This document shows positions 52,178-62,963 of a stretch of DNA of 64,000 nt, piece by piece; within the stretch, counting starts at the first letter, position 1; every line of letters starts with the position of its first letter. Below the pieces are notes generated by a model. It saw nothing but the letters and a program-made list of their open reading frames with translations, did no database searches and had not been told where the DNA came from. Source of the stretch: Lama guanicoe (Eukaryota); assembly GCA_013239625.1 (NCBI GenBank), contig MU054338.1, positions 3,619,371 to 3,683,370 on the forward strand, written 5' to 3'. The position numbers were made by a program, and so were the translations under genes.

Positions 52178-52905
52178 TTAAAACATTTTTATACATTGTG
52201 GTAAAATACACATAGCATAAAATGTACCATCTTAACCATTTTTCAGTGCACAGCTCAGTGGCATTAAGCACATTCACACTGTTGTGTGACTATCCCACTA
52301 TCCATCTCCAGAACCTCCTCGACTTCCTAAACTGAAACTCCGTCCCCATGAAACACTCCCTCCCCAGCCCCGCCCCCAGCCCCTGGCTCTGTCTACTTCC
52401 TGTCTCTGTGGATGTGACTCCACTAGGGACCTCCTGCGAGTGGAATTATATAGTATTTGATCTTCCATGTCTGGCTTATCTCACTGAGCATCACGTCCTC
52501 GAGGTTCACCCGAGTTACAGCGTGTGTCAGAATTTCCTTCTTTCTGGAGGTTGAATAATATTCCAGAGTATGGATGGACCACATTTGTTTATCCACACCA
52601 CTACCCACCCACTAGGATGGCTATTATTAAAAAACAAAAACAAAAAACACAAGAATTGGTGAAGCTGAGGAGACACTTGGAACCCTCACGCAGGGCTGGC
52701 TAGAATGTAAAATGGAGCAGCCGCTGTGGGAAACTGCCAGTTCCTCAAAATTTAAACGAAGAATTACCATACAGAGCAGGAATCCCACTGCCAGGTATCC
52801 ACCCCGAACAGAAAACAGGTGTGCAAACACATGCATGCACACTTGTCTTCAGAGCAGCATTAGTCACAGGAGCCAAAAGGTGGAAACCCAAGTGTCCATT
52901 AGCAA
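52178..52905. mobile_element. L1MB-like fragments (minus ~52178-52600, plus ~52605-52905)
   Basis: gtggtaaaatacacatagcataaaatgtaccatcttaaccattt; cccactaggatggctattattaaaaa...aatgtaaaatgg. Confidence 0.8.
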
Positions 52906-53307
52906 ACTCTTTTTATAATGTAAGTACTTAATTCCACCTCCCCATTCTCTCCTGAAATAAAAATCAAAGCTAATATAACCTAACTACACACAATTTTTAA
53001 AAAACCAACAACCCAACCATATGATGCTCTATCAGATATAAACAAAGGAAAGAAAAAGAAAAGAGTGTGTGATAAATACTAACACAGCCTGTAAGTGCCT
53101 GGGCACGAGCCCCAGCCTCGCGGCACAGGGACTGGCTGTGTCGGCCCGTTCAGACGGCTCCCAGCTTGGACAGCAACAGCAGGGGAGGTGTTCAAACTGT
53201 GCAGACCTGTTCACAGAAATGATGAACCACTCTTGGTAAGGTTCCTGACTAAACAACAAGGTATTTTCCCTCCATTTACCCAGAAGGTGGAAGTTTCTGG
53301 AAAAATC

Positions 53308-53722
53308 TGTATGTATGAAAGCTGAACTGTGTCCTGCCCCCAAATTCACATGTTGAAGTTCTGGCCTCCGGGGCCTCGGGATGTGACTGTGTTTGAAAAC
53401 AAGGCCTGTACAGAGGTAATCAAGTTAAAATGAGGTCATCAGGGTGGGCCCTAATCCACCATGAAGTTCAGATGCAGGCACACACACTGGACGAGGCAGC
53501 GATGCGGTGATGCTTTGACAAGTCAAGGGATGCCAGAGTGCCAGCGACCGCCAGGAGCTGGAGGAGGACCTGGAACAGAGCCCTCCTTGCTGCCTCAGAA
53601 GCAGCCGTCCAGCCAGCACCGTGAGCAGCCTCCTGGCCTCAGAACCGGGAGAGGATGTACTTCCATCGTTTCTCGCCACCCAGTCTCTAGTCCTGTGTTA
53701 CGACAGGCCTGGCAAACCAATG
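53308..53722 (+). mobile_element. MLT1 (B/C-like) LTR
   Basis: gctgaactgtgtcc...gaggtaatcaagttaaaatgaggtcatcagggtgggccctaatcc. Confidence 0.8.
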
Positions 53723-55111
53723 TGCTCTGTACGTCCATGTGCCCTGGAGCCCAGCGCCAGGCCCAGCTAGTTAGGAACGGGCTCGTCTCTCCCCACGGGC
53801 TGTCCAGTGGGGCCAGCTTGCACTCCCAATGCTCCCGGAGGCCCCTCCGGCCAGCCTGGCAGCGGCATCCCAGTCTGCACATCAGGACATGACTGCCTCG
53901 AGAGCAGCTGCTCCGTGATGAGAGATCTGAGGACACGTCTCACCCCTGGCCCGCAGGGTGGGCCAAGTCTGGCCTCTCTTGCCCAACTGCGAACGCCCAG
54001 ACCCCAATTTCTAGAGCAGCTTGCAGAGTGGAGATAAGGCTCTCCATGCAGGAGAAAAGAGGCCACACTGGCCCCGAGTGCACCATGGAGACGGTGTCCC
54101 ATCAGCTTGTCATTGGAAAATGACTCTAAAAGCCCCTGCGGTGAGGGAAGCACACAAGGTGTTTATTCAGGCAATTCAAAGACAGGACACGGAGGGCCGG
54201 TGCCGGCCTGCCTTTCATGCTCCGGCTTCTGCAGCAAGCTGGGTCGGATTTTCAGATTGCTCTTTTAAAGCTAAACACCCCAGCGGGAACACAGGGGACT
54301 CCGGGAGAATTGGCAATTGTTCCAGGGCCTGTGGGGTGGCTGTCCTAGTTACAGAGGGAGGGAATCGAGGTTCCCAGCAGGCGGCACTCGGGTTAACTCT
54401 CATCATGCCGGTCGGTACAGGGCTGGAACTCAAGACTCACGGGAAGCAAGCCCTCCCACTTGTCCCCAGGCCCCGTGCAGGCCTCTGGTTCAGTCTTGCA
54501 GCCACCATGCAACCCCTTCACGAGACGGGCTGGGCCCTTTCTGCCCCAACATGCCTGTAGCCGCCCAGTCCCCGTTGACATCAGCCCTGCTTGCGCAGCG
54601 ACGATCCTCCCGAAGGGAGATGCCTCACCCGAAGGGCCTGGATGGAGGGCTTGGGCCAGCACCTCTGGCCAGCCAGAGGCCTCGTCCAGCCATCTTTAAT
54701 GAGATCGGGCATCAGCAAGCCCACGCCAAGCAGGGACTGCCCCATCCTTGCCCCTCAGCCAGACCGCAAAGCCACCACCACCGCTGGACACCCCCCCCAG
54801 GCACTCCAGCACAAGAAATGAAGTGACTGGTCCAAGGGCCCACAATACACACACCTCTCCCCGCAACCAAGAACTCCTGATTCCTATCCCAGCTCTGCTA
54901 CCGCCAAGCTCTACGACCTCGGGCAAATATCTGACCCCAGCACCTGTTTCCTCACCTGTAAGATGCGGAGATGGACGCCCCACTTCGCAGGGCGGCTGTG
55001 AGAATTCGTAACAGAGGCAGGCCTCCACTACCCAAACACACAGTGGTGCCGCCAGGGGCTGACACCGTGCTCTGTAATCACTGAGACACACACGGGTGCG
55101 AACCATAAACT

Positions 55112-55186
55112 TTTATTAATGGAAAATGGAATGCCTCGTTAACAGAAACCTTGTCTTAAAAATGGCAGAACAAGAACACATTTATT
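55112..55186 (-). terminator. SAFB2: SAFB2 tandem polyadenylation signals (AATAAA at 55186-55181 and 55117-55112)
   Basis: Two minus-strand AATAAA hexamers in the AT-rich 3'UTR, each followed by GT/T-rich sequence. Confidence 0.8.
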
Positions 55187-55356
55187 TAAAAACAACAACA
55201 AAAAAAGTGAATTCACATTGTATTGAACTACAACATGGTGGCAGGATTTGCTTTGCTTTGTTTTTTTTAAAAGATTCCACAAGTTCAAGGTAACTCTGGC
55301 TAAGAGATTCAACAGAACGTCTGTCCGCCTACCAGGACACACGGAGCGGGTGGGGC

Positions 55357-55507
55357 CTAGTAGCGGCGGGTGAAGTGAGGGTACGGGTGGGGGTGGGGGT
55401 GCGGGACTCTGCTGCCCCGGTCCTGGCCGGCCAGTCCTCCGCCGTCCAGGCCTCCGGCGGGCACCACGTGCCCCTGGGAATGCCCGCCATGTGCAAAGCC
55501 GCCTCGC
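55357..55507 (-). CDS. SAFB2: SAFB2 last coding exon ([49 protein letters not shown])
   Basis: Acceptor tttgttcctag|G; TAG at 55359-55357. The C-terminal ...[13 protein letters not shown] is characteristic of SAFB2. The eight exons total 1074 nt = 357 aa + stop. Confidence 0.96.
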
Positions 55508-55796
55508 CTAGGAACAAAGGCACGCGTTTGGCCCCGCAGCGCCCTGCGCTCTCGTCATGGCGCAGCACGCGGCTCTGCAGCCTTTGGAGCCCCTTGGCTT
55601 TTTCCAGGTGAGAAAAACCATAACCACAGATTGCATCCCGGGGAGGCGAAGACTGTTATCTGCGTAAGTTGCCAAGAACTGCTTTGGGGGTTTGTTTTCA
55701 AAACATCCGACCCAGCAAGTTGATCAAGCATGCAACAAGGGAGAGAAGTGAGGAGCAGGAACAAACCAGTTTTATCCGCAGGCAAAAACTTCTTAC

Positions 55797-55863
55797 CCCG
55801 ACATTCCGCCCCGATTTGCCATGTGTCCTGGGCCCGAGGGCCCAGACAGGCCCCTCTCACCAC
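55797..55863 (-). CDS. SAFB2: SAFB2 penultimate coding exon (GGERGLSGPSGPGHMANRGGMSG)
   Basis: Acceptor ctcttccag|GT, donor GG|gtaaga; 67 nt. Confidence 0.94.
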
Positions 55864-55969
55864 CTGGAAGAGAAGGAAGAGTCTGCCAACACTCCCTTCT
55901 TGGAAGTGCCTGGAAATGCTGGGGGCACGCCGGCCCTCTGGCCGCACCTCCCACGGAGTCGGCCCGTAC

Positions 55970-56082
55970 CTTGCCACCGCAAGTGCTCCCGGCCCACCGT
56001 GCCCACGTCCACCGTGCCCGGCCAGGGGCGCTCCTGGTGCTCTTCCAGCCTCTGACTGTGCTCCGCCCAGTCACGTCCACCC
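55970..56082 (-). CDS. SAFB2: SAFB2 coding exon (GGRDWAEHSQRLEEHQERPWPGTVDVGTVGREHLRWQ)
   Basis: Uncommon AAG acceptor (ttttgttttgacaaag|G), donor G|gtacgg; 113 nt, phase consistent. Confidence 0.9.
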
Positions 56083-56199
56083 CTTTGTCAAAACAAAAGA
56101 CAGACACACGACTGTCCTAGTGTGCCTCTAAGGCGAGCCTGTGGTGTGGGCTGACTGAGTCCCACGGTCAAGTGTTTCTGAGAGAAGTGGGCAAGGAAC

Positions 56200-56960
56200 G
56201 GGAACAGACACCCCCCAGAGGTCACATGCAGCCAGCCAGCACATGAGAAGGTGTTCAGCACAGCTAACGGCACAAGCACATGCATGAGATGTGAGATGCC
56301 ACCTCATTCCCACTAGGACAGTCACTATCAGACAGTCAACGACAAGCGTTGATGGAGACGCGGAGAAACAGCTGGTGGGAATGTAAAATGGCGCAGCGTG
56401 GCTGGAGAACAGTGCAGTGATTCCTTAAAAGGCTAAACAGAGTGACTACATGACCCTGCAAGCCCACTCTTACGTGTCTAACCAAGACCAGGGTAAACAT
56501 GAATTTATTCAAAACCTTGTACCCATTGCTCTTAGCATGATTCTGTAATAGCCCCAAAGTAGAAACCACTGAAGTGTCCGTCAACTAGTAAACAGAGAAA
56601 CAAAATGTGCTCCAGCCACACACTGGAATATTCATCAGCCTCGAAGAGGACCAAAGCACTGACACTCGCTACTACATGGATGAACCTTGAAAACAGATGC
56701 TCAATGACAGAGGCCAGACACACAAGGCCACAGAGTGTGTGATTCCATTTACATGAAACGCCCAGAGAAGGCACATCCAGAGAAAGGGAAAGCAGGTTAG
56801 CGGTTGCCAGGAGCCAGAGAAGGGGGAGGGACTTTTCTGAGTGATGAAGCTGGCCATGGGATGCAGGCACAACTCTGTGGATATCCCAAGTGAAATGTAC
56901 ACTTTAAAAGAGTGAACTGTACACATGTGAATTTTATCTCAAAAAAGCTATTTACAAAAA
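56200..56960 (+). mobile_element. L1MB-like fragment in a SAFB2 intron (antisense to the gene)
   Basis: gggaatgtaaaatggcgcag...catggatgaaccttgaaaac...gattccatttacatgaaa...gtgaattttatctcaaaaaag. Confidence 0.8.
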
Positions 56961-57713
56961 GTTTCTGACAGAAACTCTGAGAGATTAAAATTCAAACACA
57001 GTTCCAAAGTGTGGGTGCCAGCAGTCCCCAGAGGCCATCCAGAAGAGCTTCCTGGCCCCAGGCTGCACGTGGAAGGACAAGTGCACTGGCTGCCAGCTGA
57101 TCAGCACTCATCGACGCCTGGGACCAGGAACCCAGCAGACAACCTCCAACACCTGTCTGCAAGTGTGAGTGCACCCCTGTGCATGCAATGTCTGCCATCA
57201 GGTGACAGCCACCCAGCCACACTGGTGACACTGCTCAGCACAGTCTTCTATCCAAGCAGGAGCTCTCCCGTTTAAGGCAAAGCGGACTAAACGACATTAA
57301 AGGACCGAGTGCCAAGTAGGTCGATGGGGAGAGAACACTCCATACTAATCTATCAGACTGCACCCCAGTCTTCACTCAATATCTGAAAACCCACTTAAGA
57401 GGTGTGGTAGAAACTTCTGGTATCCGTGACTCCAGCCGTAAAAATACCTACAGACCACTTCAAGGGGTGGGGGTAAAGCTTCTCTACAACCGGCGAGGAC
57501 AAGTGTAAGAAGGGAGCAGGATAGGCTGTCTCCTTCAGTAGGCAGGGCCCATGATGGCGACATTCACACCTAGGGGTGACCCTGGCCACACTGAGCTGGG
57601 AGGGGCCATTCTAGGCGACTTGGCAGATGCACAGTCCAGGTTCACTTTTGGAGGCGCCAATCTCTGACCAGCTGAGGACAGACACCTGGCCCCACTGAGG
57701 CCTGCCCGCTAAC

Positions 57714-57844
57714 CTGGGTGGAGGCGGTGGCCCCCGGCTCTCACTCATCCTCTTGTCAGAGCCATAGCACCCCCAGCCGTCTCGGGAGTCCCGGCCGTGG
57801 CGCTCTGGTGGTCCTCCGTGGCCATGGCGGTCATCTGAGTAGTG
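57714..57844 (-). CDS. SAFB2: SAFB2 coding exon (HYSDDRHGHGGPPERHGRDSRDGWGCYGSDKRMSESRGPPPPP)
   Basis: Acceptor gccttccag|CAC, donor AG|gttagc; 131 nt; lies within ORF-track 57611..58141. Confidence 0.95.
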
Positions 57845-58797
57845 CTGGAAGGCACAAAAGGAACAGGGCGACTCTAGCCACATCACTCCTGGACAGGCCT
57901 GCAGCAGGCCCACTTTCTGGGTTTTGCCAAACTGTAGACCCTGCCTCGGTGGGCTGAAGTGTGGCTCAGCACCCTCAGCCACCCCAGAGGGCCTGCCCAT
58001 GCCCCTTCTGATGTTTTCTGATCCCCTCCTCACTTGAGAACCCCAAGTGCCTCTAAAGCTCCATTTCTGGTGCCACACAAAGGGCCAGCAAAGGACCCTC
58101 CTGCTCTGTGGGCATGGGGAACCCCACACTTTATGGTCCACGAAGAGTCACTGAGACCCATCTTCCCTGAAGAGTCAGAACACCTGCTCCTTGCTGGTGA
58201 TGGGGGGGCCCTTCCCACACACCCAGGGCATCCAGTGCCCTCCGACCCCTCTGCACGTCGTTCCTCAGAGGCAGTACAGGCCTCTCGCACTGACACCCAG
58301 AGGCAAGGACCACAGGTGGGAATGGTTCAGGACTCCTGGCCAACCAATTTTATTCTGAGAGAGCCAGCACATCTAGGTGGTGAAAAAGACCACATAGTAT
58401 TCTCTCAAAAACCACATCCCATTTCAAAAAGCCACGATTCTGATGCTGTCTCCCATCTTTCTCATGGAAGCCTCCCCCTGTGTCCATGAGCCAACACACT
58501 ATTCACTCCTCACAGGGCACCAGACACACAGGGATCCACCCCAGTACCTGACACAGAGAGATGCCCCAAAACACGAACTGAACGACCCCAACAGGCTGCT
58601 AAGCCCCGGTTCTACTACACTTAATAAAATGAAGCAAGGATTAGCCCTACGTATTTAAAAACCACACAAACTCACTACCCAGAAAGCTACCGATCATGTG
58701 CCAGCCTACTCACTGGCCAGACCTGACGTCTTCCCCCCGCCCCCCGCCACACGCAGCAGCAGCGCCAACCCGGGCCTGGTGTCTGGGTTTTACTCAC

Positions 58798-58840
58798 CTG
58801 CCCATCTCGCTCTCCCATCACCGACCTTGAACCTTCCCTC
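58798..58840 (-). CDS. SAFB2: SAFB2 small coding exon (REGSRSVMGERDGQ)
   Basis: Acceptor cccttttgcag|G, donor CAG|gtgagt; 43 nt, ends in phase 0. Confidence 0.93.
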
Positions 58841-59976
58841 CTGCAAAAGGGAAATATCTCATTCCAATGGCAGCTGATGGTTCTATACAACATTTCTGCA
58901 GGCCACACGAAAGAGTTCCACAACTGGGGTACTTATCCTCTTTTACCACGTAAGAACTGTAATTTACTGACCTAAAAAAAAAAAGCTGGTTCGCATCTAA
59001 ACGCTTTTCCCTGGGGGTGGGAGAGAAGTCGGATCCTAAGAAGGTGGTAATGGTTTTACTGAACTATGATCCTTCAGAGGGGTCTCAGAAGTAGAGAGAC
59101 ATACCATGAAACCAATGCCTAATTTATCTGTGGCCTGGTGACAAACCTGGTAATAAGAAAGCCTCAGAGGGTCCCTAACCTCAAGTCTGACCCAACACAC
59201 GTGACTCACACATCTCAAACCAATTCCAGCCATAATTAATTAAATGAGTGGCTTCTCAGCCCGTCTTTCCCCGTTCTCCCTTCCACTCTGAAAGAGCTAA
59301 TGAGCAGTGAAACGGCTCATGGATATGCAGCCCAGGGGAGCACGAGAAACCTAAAGAGAGAATTCTTAAACTGGTAAACTGAGAGTGGCCTTTTTAATAA
59401 ATGATAAAGTCCTCATTTAAAAAAGCACTGGCAAAACACCCACCCAGACCCTCGAAACACGAAGCAGACCTAACAGCACCTTCTCCACATTCCGCAGTCA
59501 GCCCTCTCCACAGCGTGCTGGCTCGGAACCTGTGCAGGTCAGGGGCCCTTGCGGATGGCCCAAGCAAGTCGCGCCCTTTCCCTAAACTGCCTCCTCATCT
59601 GTACTAATAAGGAGACCGGGCCAGGCCTTCCTCAGAGCGCGTGCTCCATTGGGGCCCAGGCCGCTGGGAGGGAGAGGGAGCAGTGGCTGTGAAACCGACC
59701 GGGGCGCGGCGGGTGCCGAGGCTCAGGTCCTGCCCAGGGCCCGCCTACCCTCGCTGTGAAGAGGGCAGCACGTGAAACGAGCTCTGTGATGCCTGCCTGC
59801 TAGACAAGGCGAAGACGCCACAAGTGACCACCGAGTCCAATGTCCTGACTACAGTCTGTTACTAAACCTCACATGTGGCGGCCAGAGGCACTGACTAGGT
59901 ACCTCGTGAGAGCCCCAGACATTACAAGAACCGACGGAGACTGATCCCTGCCGCAGGAGAGGGGTGGTGCACTGAC

Positions 59977-60117
59977 CTGTCGGCCACATGGTCCTGGTAC
60001 TGGCCGCGGTCACGATGGTCAAAGTCGTGGAAGCGGTGATCAGGCCGAGGGAAGTCTGGCCGGTATCTGTCCTCCATGGCCATGCGCTTTCCTTCTGGCC
60101 AGTAAGTGTCATCTCGC
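59977..60117 (-). CDS. SAFB2: SAFB2 coding exon ([46 protein letters not shown])
   Basis: Acceptor aaaacatag|G, donor AG|gtcagt; 141 nt; translated by hand. Confidence 0.95.
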
Positions 60118-61151
60118 CTATGTTTTATTTTTAAAAGGATGCAAATTTCATTTATGAAAGAGAATGAGGCGAAAAAGAAAGGTCGGAGGTGGGGAGGGGA
60201 GCTCTCTCTCCAGACCCAGTATCATTTAAAATGTCCTACAGGGCTAATCTCTAAACATTCAATCATTATCGCTTTGATTTGATAAATTAAAATCCCCCAA
60301 ACTGCCAAAAGGCATACTGGCATTCTCATCTGACAATCCTGAAAAAAGAACTGCTGTGAGCTAATTGTATCACAAGCCTGTTAATACCTTGATCCCCGCA
60401 TGAGCTCAAATGCAAGTGAAATGAAATATTTGATTCTGCTGGAATGGCATTGCATGTTGCCACATTTTCACCTTCTTGTCTTCTATGCTAACCTGAACCT
60501 CCCTCTGAGTTTTTGCAGAAGCAAAGGGAATTAGATCGGGTGATAGCGGACGACATACAACTCAGGATGGTATCCAATTATCTTCTTCGTGATTTTTACC
60601 AGAAAATTAGGCTCACAGGTGGTGGGGTAACGGGTGACCGTCAATTAAGCAGCTCAGAGAAGCTGAAGACCAATAAACCCACTTTTTGAATGGGAAGGCA
60701 ATTTCCTTTTCCACAGTGCCAACTCTGTGCCTCTCCCTCTAGCAGGACACACAAGACCGACAGGGGCGGTGGTGAACTCGGTCCAAGGCACACTTGGTTG
60801 TCTCCTACACACTTAAGAGACAGAGTGGTCACACTCCACCAGGAACCACAGTGCAAATAATGGGACAGCCTAAGTGAAAGCACCGCAAATCCTTCAGCAA
60901 GGGGCAGCTCTCAAGATTCTCTGGAGAATAATTCAGCTAGGGAAGCATCTGCACGGCGAGGGAGGTGGGAGCAACTTGTTCTGCAAAGGCCCCCAGAGGC
61001 GCCAGATTCCGTCTTAAGCGTCTCCGATTCCCCCACGCTGCGCGGGGCAGGAGCAGAGGCTGTTACCCAGGGAAGCGGAAGCACCACCTCCCCCTGCTCC
61101 AGGCCTAACAGCTTGTAACAGCGGGCAGGGCCGGGTGGCCGGGGGCCTTAC

Positions 61152-61442
61152 CGCCCGTCGTCGTAGGGCCGCCTGAGCACCGGCCTCCGCTCCTGCTCGT
61201 AGCGCAGCTGCTCCTGCTGGCGCCGCAGCTCCTCGCGCTCGCGGTGGATGCGCTCCTGCTCCTTCCGACGCTCCCGCTCCACGCGCATGCGCTCGCGCTC
61301 CAGCCGCTCGCGCTCCATGCGCTCCCGCTCCAGGCGCTGCCGCTGGCACTCGAGCTGCAGGCGCTCCCGCTGCAGCCGGGCCTTCTCCTTCCGCTCGTGG
61401 AAGGCCTCCAAGCGCTGCTCGCGCTCGCGCTGCTCGCGCTCT
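61152..61442 (-). CDS. SAFB2: SAFB2 coding exon, Glu/Arg-rich coiled coil ([40 protein letters not shown]...RRPYDDG)
   Basis: Acceptor tcccccag|A, donor CG|gtaagg; 291 nt, phase consistent with neighbours; overlaps ORF-track 61148..61465. Confidence 0.97.
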
Positions 61443-62826
61443 CTGGGGGAACACAGGAAGGCCACCCTGACTTCCCAATGTGGTGGCGCCCGGCAATCAA
61501 GATCAAGGCATCACCCTCCGAAGGAGCCTGTAAACTTCCAGGTGTCAGATGGTAACTGGCTTGGCTGGGCCTGGCTGTCACCTACTGGCTACTAGGCAGC
61601 AGGCATGAACCTACTCCCACCAAGCTGCTGGGATCCGCCAGAAACCCCAGTCTCCACACCTTCCCTTTCTCAAAAAAGCAAAGCCAGGAGTGAGCTGGGA
61701 AGGAGGCGGGTGATGGCCAGAGCACACAGAGCCTCAGGTCCACACTAGGAGGACTTGGCTCCAAGGCACCAAAACGAAGCCACAGGTTACGAAGGGGGCA
61801 GAAAAGTAAGAAACTCAAAGGATGATGGCTACTCTAAAGGCTGCTGGGCATAGAGAAAACCCTGGAGAAACAGATGGCAGGAGCCTTCTCTGAGAAAGGA
61901 TGGCTAACACTGTACAATGAGCCATCTTTTTCACACCTTCCCTCTGAAAAGGCTGTATCTTTAACAAGTATGTCATTTTGAAGGGACCTAATAAAGTGTT
62001 GGGACAGGAGAAGGCCAGGCATGAGCAAAGGGCCAGAGGTCTTGCGTCATCAGCCACTGCACACAAGGAGCCGAGCAGGACTGGGGACGCCCCTCTCTGC
62101 ATCTGAGCAGAAGAGCCACTGCCTCTCCTCACCCCTCCCCTCCCTCCCTTAGTGCCTAGAAAGGCTCCACACCAAGGGCAAACCAGTCAGGAGCAAAAAC
62201 TGTCCAAATGGATATCAAGACGCTTCCCGACAGGCTTTTCTCTCTACAGCTACAAGTGCAGAAGCTGAAATCACATTATTTTAGCAAAGCAAACTGGAGC
62301 AGTTTCTATATGATCGACTTTTGCTCAAAAAAGTTTCCAAAACACTATGACATGACACTTTCGCTGAGCAGTAGTTGAGGGAAAATGACCAGGGCACAAT
62401 GGATGTCCCCATGTGACATGGCAGAATGTGAAAGTGGAAATGACAAACTGCTTCAATAAACCATCTCCTGAGCAAAGATGAGAGCGGCCCAGGAGGTCGC
62501 TGTGGGGCCGCTTCGGCCTGCAGACACCACAATACACAGACCAGCACACTCCTGGGTCGCTGTGTTAGTAATTTGGCAAGACTGAGGCCTCGACCCTGGG
62601 GACCCTTCTATCAAACCCACACGTGGGTGCACTTGCCGCACAGGCCAGGGTGCAACTTCAGCCAGAGGTGATGACCAAGGACCAGGGTGAACCCCCACCT
62701 TCGGTCGCAGGGGAAACAGACTAGGCGGCCAGCGAGCCCAGGCTACACAGGCGACTTGCTCAGGAAGAAGGACAACCATCCCAACAGGAGACCACCAACC
62801 TGCCAGCCCAACTCGGCCCCACTCAC

Positions 62827-62963
62827 CGCCGCCTCTCTGTCTCGCGGATTTCCCGTTCCCGCTGCCTCTGGCGCTCTCGTTCCCTTTGCTCTTTGATTTT
62901 ATCAAACGACAAGATGTCTCTCTTCTCTTTGCTTTCTGACTTGCGATCCTGACTCTTAGAGCT
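62827..62963 (-). CDS. SAFB2: SAFB2 coding exon (8th from last): [45 protein letters not shown]
   Basis: Acceptor ggtaaacag|AGC, donor CG|gtgagt; 137 nt. Translation matches the remembered SAFB2 sequence. Upstream exons lie outside the window. Confidence 0.95.

Noticed and set aside
61014..61595. Several 100-160 aa ORFs overlapping the SAFB2 E/R exon
   Set aside because: Shadow frames of repetitive GAG/CGC codons.
55357..62963. Assignment to the paralogue SAFB (SAFB1)
   Set aside because: [33 protein letters not shown], the PHPHP C-terminus and adjacency to TINCR fit SAFB2.
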